Shown: positions 37,514 through 46,567 of the stretch, piece after piece
Numbering within the stretch: position 1 is the stretch's first letter
Layout of the letters: every line of letters starts with the position of its first letter
Assembly: GCA_964468725.1 (NCBI GenBank)
Contig: CAYXVU010000003.1
Location: forward strand, 3,681 to 67,680
Origin: an uncultured Clostridia bacterium
GTDB taxonomy: Bacteria; Acidobacteriota; Blastocatellia; UBA7656
Direction: 5' to 3'
DNA: 64,000 bases
Made by a program: the position numbers and the translations under genes
Notes under the pieces: generated by a model
What the model was told of the DNA's origin: nothing
Seen by the model: only the letters and a program-made list of their open reading frames with translations
Databases searched by the model: none

Positions 37514-38440
37514 ATGAATGGTGCACCGTCACAAATAAAAGAGGGTGATCCGGTAATTGAATTCCGTTCGGTCTCAATGTATTTCGGCGAACACCGCGTT
37601 CTCGAAGGAGTGAGTTTTACCTTACAACGCGGCGAGATGATCGTCCTCACCGGAGATTCCGGTTCCGGTAAGACCGTGCTGTTGCAACTGGCCATCGGTC
37701 TGTTGAAGCCGGAGAGCGGCCAAATCTTGATCGAAGGCCGCGACCTTGCCGAGTTGAGCGAGCCGGAATTGCTGGCTTTGCGCAGTCGTCAGATGGGGCT
37801 GGTCTTTCAACGCGACACTCTGTTTACTGGGCTGTCGGTTTATGACAACACGGCTTTTCGCCTGACGGAACACGAATGGCCGGAAGAGGAGATTGAACCG
37901 GCGGTGCACGAAATTTTGCGCTTCGTCGGATTGGAAAACGACTTAGAGAAGCTGCCGGAAGAGATGTCTATCGGTATGCGGCGGCGGTTAGAACTGGCGC
38001 GCGCTTTGGTCGGTTGGCCAGCGATCATGTTATTTGACGAGCCCACAGCAGGGCTTGACCCGATCAATGCGCGGCAGGTGCTCGACCTCATTATTCGCGC
38101 CCGTGATTTGCACGGCATTACTTCAGTATTGGTGACCAAAGAGCTGCATCAGATTCCCCATCTGGTGAAGTATTACGCCCTCGAAGATCGCGATGGCACG
38201 ATGCACATCCATGAGCGCGACTTGGCTGCGGCAACGCAACTGCGGGTGATGGTATTGGAAGATGGGAAGCTTGCTTTCACAGGCAGCTACACGGAGTTTG
38301 CCAACAGCCCGCTGCCAAGCGTTCAGCATCTGACGCACCCCGACACCGGCCAATTGACGACGGACTCGTATATTCAAGACCCCTGGAGCGGGCAGCGACG
38401 CATCCGGGAAGAGGGCAGGGAAGAAGAGGAGAAGGGATGA
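37514..38440 (+). CDS. ABC transporter ATP-binding protein (MlaF-like) with a degenerate signature motif and a C-terminal extension
   Basis: Walker A GDSGSGKT. Walker B MLFDEPTAGLD. The signature is MSIGMRRRLELARAL rather than LSGGQ. There is no adjacent permease. Confidence 0.65.
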   Translation: MNGAPSQIKEGDPVIEFRSVSMYFGEHRVLEGVSFTLQRGEMIVLTGDSGSGKTVLLQLAIGLLKPESGQILIEGRDLAELSEPELLALRSRQMGLVFQRDTLFTGLSVYDNTAFRLTEHEWPEEEIEPAVHEILRFVGLENDLEKLPEEMSIGMRRRLELARALVGWPAIMLFDEPTAGLDPINARQVLDLIIRARDLHGITSVLVTKELHQIPHLVKYYALEDRDGTMHIHERDLAAATQLRVMVLEDGKLAFTGSYTEFANSPLPSVQHLTHPDTGQLTTDSYIQDPWSGQRRIREEGREEEEKG

Positions 38441-38564
38441 AGGGGTGACGCGGCGCGATAGCGGTCAGTGACCTTTTCGCGCTGCGGCTCTTTAACCGAC
38501 AACCTGCGACTTTCAGCCAGTCACCTTCAACCAGTGACCGACAATCGGAAATTGAAAACATACT

Positions 38565-39806
38565 GTGGAACTATCTCTTCTATTTCGTCAACTGGGCATT
38601 GCTTTGGGGCTTGGGCTATTGGTCGGCTTGCAACGTGAGCATCAAGCCTCACGACTGGCAGGGATTCGCACCTTTCCTTTGATCACGATGTTGGGGACGC
38701 TTTGCGCGCTGCTCTCGCAGAGCTTCGGAGCGTGGTTGCTGGCGGCGGGAATGTTGGCGCTGGCCGCCATCATTGTGATTGGCAACATCGCAAAGTGGCG
38801 CAACGGCGAGAGTGAACCTGGACTGACGACCGAAGTTGCGATGCTCATGATGTATGCCGTTGGCGCGCTCCTGACGGTCGGCTATGAGCCCTTGGCGATA
38901 GCCGTAGGCGGCGGAGTTGCGGTGCTCTTGCAATATAAAGCGCCTCTTCATGGACTGGCGGCGCGGCTCGGCGACAATGACCTCAAAGCGATCATGCAGT
39001 TTGCCTTGATCTCGCTGGTGATTTTGCCCATCTTGCCGGATAAGACGTATGGCCCGTATACAGTCTGGAATCCCCGGCAGATCTGGTGGATGGTAGCGCT
39101 GATCGTTGGCATCAGTTTGGCCGGGTACATCATTTATAAATTCTTTGGCACAGGGGCTGGCGTGGTATTAAGCGGCACGCTCGGCGGACTGATTTCGAGT
39201 ACTGCGACGACGGTGAGTTTTTCGCGGCGAACAGCCAATGAACCTTCCGGCAGTCGGTTGGCGGCACTCATCATTATGATCGCTTCCGCGATTGTCTGTG
39301 TGCGCGTGCTGGTGGAAATTGTGGTCGTAGCGCCGAGCTTTTTTGGTATTGCCCTCTGGCCAGTTGCCGGATTGCTGATGGTATTGGCCACAGCCTCTGC
39401 AATTCTATGGCACCGCGACCAGGAAGAAGCGACAACCCTACCGGAGCAGCAGAATCCTTCGGAACTAAAAACCGCGCTGTTGTTTGGATTGGTTTATGCC
39501 ATTGTCTTGTTGGCAGTGGCGGCTGCCAAAGAGCAATTCGGCGCGCGCGGTTTGTACGGAGTTGCGGTGCTTTCGGGTTTGACTGACGTAGATGCCATCA
39601 CCCTTTCTACCGCGCAGTTGGTTGACGCCGGTCGGTTGGGCTCGGCAGATGGTTGGCGGGTGGTTGTGATTGCTCTCTTGTCGAATCTGCTCTTCAAAGG
39701 GGTGATGGTGGCCACCCTCGGCCACCGCCGATTGCTCAAACAGGTTGCCTGGAGCTATAGCGCCGCCATTGTGACGGGCGTCGGGTTGTTATGGTTATGG
39801 CCATAA
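38565..39806 (+). CDS. MgtC/SapB-family N-terminal domain plus DUF4010 polytopic membrane protein
   Basis: N-terminus LGLGLLVGLQREHQASRLAGIRTFPL resembles the MgtC signature. About 10 or more TM helices. Confidence 0.5.
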   Translation: MELSLLFRQLGIALGLGLLVGLQREHQASRLAGIRTFPLITMLGTLCALLSQSFGAWLLAAGMLALAAIIVIGNIAKWRNGESEPGLTTEVAMLMMYAVGALLTVGYEPLAIAVGGGVAVLLQYKAPLHGLAARLGDNDLKAIMQFALISLVILPILPDKTYGPYTVWNPRQIWWMVALIVGISLAGYIIYKFFGTGAGVVLSGTLGGLISSTATTVSFSRRTANEPSGSRLAALIIMIASAIVCVRVLVEIVVVAPSFFGIALWPVAGLLMVLATASAILWHRDQEEATTLPEQQNPSELKTALLFGLVYAIVLLAVAAAKEQFGARGLYGVAVLSGLTDVDAITLSTAQLVDAGRLGSADGWRVVVIALLSNLLFKGVMVATLGHRRLLKQVAWSYSAAIVTGVGLLWLWP

Positions 39807-39861
39807 AGAGTAAAGTTTGGTGATCGGCAGATGGGTTGAAACCGGCCATACACGGTGTTGA

Positions 39862-40929
39862 TTATTTGTGAATTCTTTCGGTCGGCGGGATGGTTTCTTC
39901 TTCTTCACACAGATCGCTCTCGGTTACTTCGAGTGGCAGTTCAGGATGACGAGCTAAGGTTTCGGCTCCCCATCGGTCTATGGCCGAGGGGTTCGGGACG
40001 ATGGCGGGTGATTGCTGACTGCCGAGCGGCACGGTGGCAAGCGGCAAGGTGGCGGCAGAATCGCTGTTAGCGCTGTTGGCCGGAGGGATTTGATCACCGG
40101 TGAACTGTGCGATGACCACGGTAATATTATCTTCGCCGCCGCGCTGGTTGGCCAATTTGATGAGGTCTTCGCAGGCTTCTTTGAGTGACGGGGCTTGTTC
40201 GATCAGTTGTTTGAGTTCTTCCAGACGAACTTTGTTTGATAATCCGTCGCTACATAAAAGCAGAATGTCGAGGTTGCAAAGGGCAACGCGATCTACCACA
40301 ACATTGACGCGCGCCGCCGCGCCGAGGGCTTGCAAGATAACATTTTTATAGGTGTGGCGTTCTGCCTCTTCCGGGGTGATGTGACCCGACTGCACGAGCT
40401 GCCCAACCAGGGATTGATCGCGGGTGATTTGCTGGATTTCGTTGCCGCGAATCAGGTAGGCGCGGCTGTCGCCGACTTGGCCGAAATAGGCCGTCGTTCC
40501 GTGTACGCCAACGGCAGTGAAGGTCGCGCCCATACCGGCATATTCGCGGCGCGAGATGCTCATTTCGTAGATGTGGCGATTGGCCAGTTCGATAGCCAGT
40601 CGCAAGCGTTCGTGAAAAGGAAACCGTGCCAGTGTGGAACTCGATTGAATCTCCAACAAGCGGTCACGGGTGGTTTCTGCTGCCAGCCGACTGGCAACCT
40701 CTCCGGCCAGTGCGCCGCCCATGCCATCGGTGACTGCCAGCACCGAGCCATAGGTGCTTTGTGAAAAGGTTGAGAGTTTTTCTTCCGCCAACCGGCGCGG
40801 TGTCTCCGAAAGCCAAGTGTCAGCGGTCGACAGGTTCAACACCATGAAGTTGTCTTCGTTGCCCCGTCTGACGAGGCCAACATCGGTCATTGCGTATACA
40901 GCAATGTTGAATGCAATGTCTTGCGGCAT
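39862..40929 (-). CDS. PP2C-family Ser/Thr protein phosphatase
   Basis: MTDVGLVRRGNEDNF..., LAVTDGMGGALAGEV and DGLSN motifs. Pro-rich C-terminal tail. Confidence 0.8.
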   Translation of the reverse strand: MPQDIAFNIAVYAMTDVGLVRRGNEDNFMVLNLSTADTWLSETPRRLAEEKLSTFSQSTYGSVLAVTDGMGGALAGEVASRLAAETTRDRLLEIQSSSTLARFPFHERLRLAIELANRHIYEMSISRREYAGMGATFTAVGVHGTTAYFGQVGDSRAYLIRGNEIQQITRDQSLVGQLVQSGHITPEEAERHTYKNVILQALGAAARVNVVVDRVALCNLDILLLCSDGLSNKVRLEELKQLIEQAPSLKEACEDLIKLANQRGGEDNITVVIAQFTGDQIPPANSANSDSAATLPLATVPLGSQQSPAIVPNPSAIDRWGAETLARHPELPLEVTESDLCEEEETIPPTERIHK

Positions 40930-41076
40930 AACCCACTACGCTGTCCCGCTTTCGCAGGGGACTCAAGCGGTCATCTCAATTCTTTCGTCTACTGAATTCA
41001 GTTACTGCTGAAGTTGGCGCTGATTATGAATGATTTTCGGACGATTATCAACAACTGCCCGAATAACCTCGTGCCA

Positions 41077-42243
41077 TCAGGCCATCTTGCCAATGGCTTG
41101 ATCGAGGTCTTCGATAATGTCTTCCACATCTTCGATACCGACGGAGACGCGGACTAATCCATCGGTGATGCCCAACTCTTGCCGCTTGGCTTCCGGCACG
41201 GACGCGTGTGTCATGGTTGCCGGATGCGAAATCAAAGTCTCGACGCCGCCCAGCGATTCGCCCATCACACATAGGCGCACACCTTCCAAAACGCGGCGCG
41301 CATTTTCGAGCGAGCCAGTTTCAAAAGAGAGCATCGCGCCAAACCCTGACATCTGCCGTTTGGCCAGTTCGTGCTGCGCATGCGAAGGCAGCCCCGGATA
41401 ATAGACCTTCTGCACTTTCGGGTTTTCGGATAAAAACTCGGCCACGCGCCGTCCATTTTCGTCATGCTGTCGCATGCGAACGGCCAACGTCTTGGTGCCG
41501 CGCAATACCAACCACGAATCCATGGGCGAGAGAATCGCGCCCGCAGCGTTTTGCAAAAAGGCCAACTGCTTGATGTCCTCTTCATCGTTGAGTATGGCTG
41601 CACCGCCAACGCTGTCGCTATGTCCGTTCAAGTATTTGGTCGTCGAATGCACAACGATGTCGGCACCGAGTTCGAGCGGGCGTTGAAAATAGGAGCTCAT
41701 AAAGGTGTTGTCCACGACCAGACGCACGCCGCGCCGTCGGGTGATATCGGCAACCGCTCGAATATCGGTGAGCGCCATCACCGGATTGGTCGGCGTTTCG
41801 ATGAAGACCATGCGAGTTTGCGCGCTCATCGCATCTTCGAAATGCTGCGGCTCGCGTCCGTCCACATAGCTGAATTCAAGGCCGAAGTTGCGGAGCACTT
41901 TGTCGAAAAGACGAAAGGTTCCGCCATAGGTATTGTCGCTGACGATGACATGATCGCCTGCTTTGAGCAGCGTCATGACCACGTTGATGGCCGCCATGCC
42001 GGAGGCGAAGGCAAAAGCGGCTTGCCCGCCTTCCAGGGCGGCGAGGTTCTTTTCCAGCGCCAGGCGCGTCGGGTTTTGGGTGCGCGCATATTCGAAGCCT
42101 TTGTGTTTGCCGAGACCTTCTTGCGCGTAGGTTGAGGTTTGGTAGATCGGCACGCTGACCGCGCCGGTTGTTGGATCAGGCTGATTGCCCGCGTGAATGG
42201 CCTGCGTGGCGAACTTCAGCAAACGAATTTCTGCATCTTTCAT
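41077..42243 (-). CDS. PLP-dependent Cys/Met metabolism enzyme (cystathionine gamma-synthase/gamma-lyase family)
   Basis: 388 aa. Family-typical motifs (GGTFRLF; HSTTKYLNGHSD with the PLP lysine). Confidence 0.85.
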   Translation of the reverse strand: MKDAEIRLLKFATQAIHAGNQPDPTTGAVSVPIYQTSTYAQEGLGKHKGFEYARTQNPTRLALEKNLAALEGGQAAFAFASGMAAINVVMTLLKAGDHVIVSDNTYGGTFRLFDKVLRNFGLEFSYVDGREPQHFEDAMSAQTRMVFIETPTNPVMALTDIRAVADITRRRGVRLVVDNTFMSSYFQRPLELGADIVVHSTTKYLNGHSDSVGGAAILNDEEDIKQLAFLQNAAGAILSPMDSWLVLRGTKTLAVRMRQHDENGRRVAEFLSENPKVQKVYYPGLPSHAQHELAKRQMSGFGAMLSFETGSLENARRVLEGVRLCVMGESLGGVETLISHPATMTHASVPEAKRQELGITDGLVRVSVGIEDVEDIIEDLDQAIGKMA

Positions 42244-42431
42244 GACAAGGGTAATCTACCATTTTTCCTCCGGCTTGGGCAGGCGATGCGAAGGATTTTA
42301 GGTCACCAGTATAGCGCCGCAAATCCTCCATTCGATGCACTCTTGTTGGCAGTCGCCGCGAAAGGCATCGGAACTTTGTTTCAATTGAATCGTATTCGGG
42401 TGTGCCTGTATAGTTTCGGCGCTCATTTTCG

Positions 42432-44681
42432 ATGCAGAGAATGTTATCAAACAGTCGGAGCCTATCGAACTTTATGCATAAGCGCGCAGCGGTCTTCTCG
42501 ATTTTGTTAATGCTCTTGTTTGCTTCGTCTCTCACTTGGTTGTCTGCAAGGGATGTCGCAGCGCAGACGGGGGAAGAGCAAAATGGTTTGCCGGAAGCCG
42601 TGCAAGTCGGCGGCCTCGAAATGGCGGTCAAGGCCGGTTTTGGTAAGCTGGCTGTCAGCACCTCATACGGCAGTTGGGTGCCGTTTCGCATCAGCCTCGC
42701 CAATCAGGGCGCACCCATCAATGGTCGCCTGATCGTGCGCACCGAATCACAGCCCAATCCGAGCCCGCAAGTCCGCGAGTTCACCAAAGATATCCAACTG
42801 CCAACCGGCGCACGCCAACTTCATGAGATCACCGCCTACGTCAACTCTGCACACAAAGAGACGGAGGTTATTCTCCTCTCCGACGGGCAAGAGGCAGCGA
42901 AAGTTTTGGTCAAAGTCGAGCGCACTTATTACTCAAACGAGCAACTCGATATTGGGGTGATTGACACCGACGCGACGACGCTCAATCATCTCGGCTCGGT
43001 CGAAATTTTTCGTCCGCCGAATCGAGCGCCCTTCAAAGGTGCGCCCGCGCAGCCGACGGCGTCGCCCAATGCGAACGCTGCGAATCAAACAGCCGCCTCT
43101 CCAACTCCGCCGCCTGCTCCGCCAACTCGGCGACGCAGAGGTTGGGGGTCGAATCAACAGGGGCCGACCGCCCATCCGGTCGTCTTTCCGGCAGAAGACA
43201 TGCCGCGCGATTTCGTTTCCTATGACTCGCTTGATGTCGTCGTTTTGGGCGATGCGCCGCTCAGTCAGTTGACGGAAGAGCAAAGCCGCGCGCTGCGCTT
43301 ATGGGTTGCCGCGGGCGGATTTTTGATCGTCACCGGCGGCGCAGACATTGCGGGATTGCGCGCCGCTGGATTGGATGCCATCTTGCCGGTTGAGGCGCAG
43401 GGTACAACGTCGAGCGCAACGCTTGACGTATTGACGGCGACTTACGGGCGATTTGAATCCTCCGAGTCCTTGCTGGCCATTTCGGCTCATTTGCGAGACG
43501 GCGCGCGCCTGCTGCTTGGCACTAGTGATCGGGTGATCGCCGCCGAAAAAACGTATGGCAGCGGGTTGGTGCGGTTTGTTGCCATCAATCCCAAACTCAA
43601 TCCCTATCGGGGTTGGGCGAGTGCGAAGGATTTATGGACAGACCTGTTGTTGCCTGCGATTGAAACGCAGAGCCGTCAAACTAACTGGCTGATGATGGGG
43701 CGCAGATGGAGTCCGCGTTCGAATACCGGCGGCGGACAGAATGCGCTCTTCAAACTTGCTGATATCAAACCGCCATCGGCGAACTATTTTCTGCTCTTTT
43801 TGCTCGCCTATATCCTCACGGTCGGGCCGATCAACTACTTCGCCTTGAAGTGGGTCAAGAAACTGGATTGGGCGTGGGTGACGATTCCCGCCGTTGTGCT
43901 GCTGTTTACAACGGCGAGCGTGATCACGTCGGAGATCGGTCGCGGCGGCGGTTCGGTCGCTGCGGAAATTACCCTTGTCGAATTGCATCAGCCCGAGCGC
44001 ATCGCGCGCGATATGGCGGGCGTATTGGTGATGCCTTCGGCAAAAGGTGTACAGGAGATCACGCTTGCCGGAACGGATGTATTTGCCAGAGATTCGAGCG
44101 CTGATATCGGGCCAAGCGGGAGTTCTAACGGCGCGATAGAGGTCGAAAACCGAGGGCAGGATTTTCAGTTCAATGTTCCGGTCAACACCTGGTCGGCGGA
44201 GATGTTCGAGGCAAGTGCGGTGCGCGAGGTTGCCGCGCCGCTCGTTGCCCTCTCCGAGGGGGGCGAGTCGGGTGGTGGCGCGGTGAAGGTAAAGAACCTC
44301 AGCGGCGTGCCGATCAGCAAAGCGGCGCTGATCGGTGTGAGCGGGGTGTCGGAATTGTTTGATTTGGCTCCGGGCGCAGAGCAAGAGATCAAGCTCAACA
44401 CCCCACAATCGAGTAGCTTTATCAACTGGTACTCTATGCAATTGGAACCGAACAGCCTCGAACAGCAAACCTTTGACGATTTGAGCGCGGCGCTCGAATA
44501 CGAAATCAGCGGCGAGGCCGGACAGCGACAACTGTTTTATGATAGCGTGCAGATGCCCAATGTCGTGCCCCTGCTGCAACGCCCGATTCTGGTCGCCTTT
44601 GTTGACGATACGCCGATCAAGATAACCTTCAAAAGCTCGATCAAACGTCAAGGCAGAACCCTCTATGTGGTGCATCTGTGA
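42432..44681 (+). CDS. Large membrane-associated hypothetical protein (signal peptide, central TM pair, beta-rich C-terminus); possible auxiliary component of the downstream ABC-2 module
   Basis: 749-aa ORF. It lies upstream of the ABC ATPase and permease. No confident domain assignment. Confidence 0.4.
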   Translation: MQRMLSNSRSLSNFMHKRAAVFSILLMLLFASSLTWLSARDVAAQTGEEQNGLPEAVQVGGLEMAVKAGFGKLAVSTSYGSWVPFRISLANQGAPINGRLIVRTESQPNPSPQVREFTKDIQLPTGARQLHEITAYVNSAHKETEVILLSDGQEAAKVLVKVERTYYSNEQLDIGVIDTDATTLNHLGSVEIFRPPNRAPFKGAPAQPTASPNANAANQTAASPTPPPAPPTRRRRGWGSNQQGPTAHPVVFPAEDMPRDFVSYDSLDVVVLGDAPLSQLTEEQSRALRLWVAAGGFLIVTGGADIAGLRAAGLDAILPVEAQGTTSSATLDVLTATYGRFESSESLLAISAHLRDGARLLLGTSDRVIAAEKTYGSGLVRFVAINPKLNPYRGWASAKDLWTDLLLPAIETQSRQTNWLMMGRRWSPRSNTGGGQNALFKLADIKPPSANYFLLFLLAYILTVGPINYFALKWVKKLDWAWVTIPAVVLLFTTASVITSEIGRGGGSVAAEITLVELHQPERIARDMAGVLVMPSAKGVQEITLAGTDVFARDSSADIGPSGSSNGAIEVENRGQDFQFNVPVNTWSAEMFEASAVREVAAPLVALSEGGESGGGAVKVKNLSGVPISKAALIGVSGVSELFDLAPGAEQEIKLNTPQSSSFINWYSMQLEPNSLEQQTFDDLSAALEYEISGEAGQRQLFYDSVQMPNVVPLLQRPILVAFVDDTPIKITFKSSIKRQGRTLYVVHL

Positions 44682-44731
44682 AGGCAACAAGCAGGGGGAT
44701 AGATATGCCATCTCCGGTAGCGTAAAACGAT

Positions 44732-45658
44732 ATGATCAAACTCGAAAACGTTACGAAGTATTACAAACAATTTCCCGCTGTCAACGACATCAGCTTCGAG
44801 ATCGGACGTGGCGAAGTCTTTGGTTTCATCGGCCCGAACGGTGCAGGGAAGACGACGACCATCAAAATGCTTTCGACCTTGATGATGCCGTCGCAAGGCA
44901 CACTGACCATCGGCGGTTACGATGTGGTGCGCGAGCCGCATGAGGTGCGCCGCATTATCGGATATATGCCGGACAGCTTCGGCGTCTATGAAGATTTGTT
45001 GGTGTGGGAGTATCTGGATTATTTCGCCGCGCTCTATAAAGTGCTGCCTTCCAAACGCAAAGCGGCAATTGATGATGTGCTTGAACTGACCGACCTGACG
45101 ATCAAATACAACTCGCAAGTGATGAGTCTGTCGCGCGGCATGAAGCAGCGATTGTGTTTGGCAAAGACGCTCATTCATGACCCGGAAGTCTTGTTGCTTG
45201 ATGAACCGGCATCAGGCCTTGACCCGCACGCGCGCATCGAGATTCGGGAACTCATCCGCGAGCTTTGTCGCATGGGCAAAACCGTCGTCGTTTCCTCGCA
45301 TATCTTGACCGAGCTTGCCGATTTTTGCACTTCGATTGGCATTATCGAAGCCGGTCGCATGTTAGCCGCCGGTCGTCTCGATGAGATTACCGCACAGCTT
45401 GCCGGTCACGTCTTGTTGGAGATTACCGTAAAAGGCGACCCGACGGCGGCTCTGGATTTGCTGGCCGAACGCCCGGAAGTCAAACATGCGACCTGCGACG
45501 GTCGCGTCATTCACGCCGAATACACTGGCAACCCCGATGATGTTGACGAGCTATTGGCTTATTTGGTGAAGGGCGATGTGCGCGTCCTCGGTTTTTCGCG
45601 CACGCAGGCCGATTTGGAAGATATCTTCCTCAAAATTACACGCGGGGTCGTCGCCTAG
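44732..45658 (+). CDS. ABC transporter ATP-binding protein (ABC-2/CcmA/GldA-like)
   Basis: Walker A GPNGAGKTT. LSRGMKQRL signature. LLLDEPASGLD. Confidence 0.85.
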   Translation: MIKLENVTKYYKQFPAVNDISFEIGRGEVFGFIGPNGAGKTTTIKMLSTLMMPSQGTLTIGGYDVVREPHEVRRIIGYMPDSFGVYEDLLVWEYLDYFAALYKVLPSKRKAAIDDVLELTDLTIKYNSQVMSLSRGMKQRLCLAKTLIHDPEVLLLDEPASGLDPHARIEIRELIRELCRMGKTVVVSSHILTELADFCTSIGIIEAGRMLAAGRLDEITAQLAGHVLLEITVKGDPTAALDLLAERPEVKHATCDGRVIHAEYTGNPDDVDELLAYLVKGDVRVLGFSRTQADLEDIFLKITRGVVA

Positions 45659-45736
45659 CGAGGACTGAGGCATGCGGACTGTGGGTTGAGCGAGCCATGA
45701 GTCTGTTCAGCCCTCCGTTCTCATTATTATTGAAAT

Positions 45737-46567
45737 ATGACCATATCGAATCCAATTTTGATCAAAGAGATGCGCACCCGCATGCGAGGCAAACGCGCCT
45801 TTTTGGTGTTGACCGGGTACGCGCTGATTTTAAGCCTCATCATCGGGCTGATCTACATGGTAGTCGTCAACAATGCCCCGGCAGGCGTAGTCAATCAAGC
45901 TGGTAAATTTCTCACGCCCGTACTGATCTTTGTGCAGATGGGGTTGATCTGTTTGATCGCGCCGACCTTCTCGGCAAGCGCCATTTCGACGGAGCGCGAA
46001 CAGGAGACTTTTGACCTACTCATTGCCTCGCTGGCCAGTTCGAAGACCATTCTGCTTGGCAAAGTCGGCGCTTCCCTTTCATATCTGTTACTCACCTTGT
46101 TTGGCTCGTTGCCCCTGATTGCCCTGACCTATTCGCTTGGCGGCATTGCGCTTGGCGATATTGCCAAAGCCTACCTGGTGATGATGTTCGCAGGGATGAC
46201 CTACTGCTCAATGAGTTTTTACTGGTCGTGTCTGATTCGTCGAGGTGTGATTGCGCAACTGGTCAGTATCTTTTCGGTAATCTTTCTGGTGGCGGGCATA
46301 CCGGCGTTGGCACTCTTTATGTCGGCCTTGGCGAATAGCTTTTCGGGCGGCAATACGCAGAGTTATTTGCAGATCGCATTTCTGTTGCTCCGAACCAACC
46401 CGTTTGCGGCAATTGCCTCGTTGATCGTCGGTTTCCCGATCCCCAACAATATCTGGTTCAGCAGTATTCCAATCTGGGTGACGCAAGTGCTATTTTACTC
46501 ATTGCTGACAGCGCTCAGCTTGTTTCTCAGTTTTCGGCGATTGGAGAGGGTGCGACATTGGATGTAA
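45737..46567 (+). CDS. ABC-2 type permease
   Basis: ~6 TM helices, ~276 aa. Follows the ATPase. Confidence 0.6.
   Translation: MTISNPILIKEMRTRMRGKRAFLVLTGYALILSLIIGLIYMVVVNNAPAGVVNQAGKFLTPVLIFVQMGLICLIAPTFSASAISTEREQETFDLLIASLASSKTILLGKVGASLSYLLLTLFGSLPLIALTYSLGGIALGDIAKAYLVMMFAGMTYCSMSFYWSCLIRRGVIAQLVSIFSVIFLVAGIPALALFMSALANSFSGGNTQSYLQIAFLLLRTNPFAAIASLIVGFPIPNNIWFSSIPIWVTQVLFYSLLTALSLFLSFRRLERVRHWM

Noticed and set aside
43632-44711. 359-aa ORF antisense to the 749-aa membrane protein gene
   Set aside because: Arg-rich shadow ORF with no supporting features.
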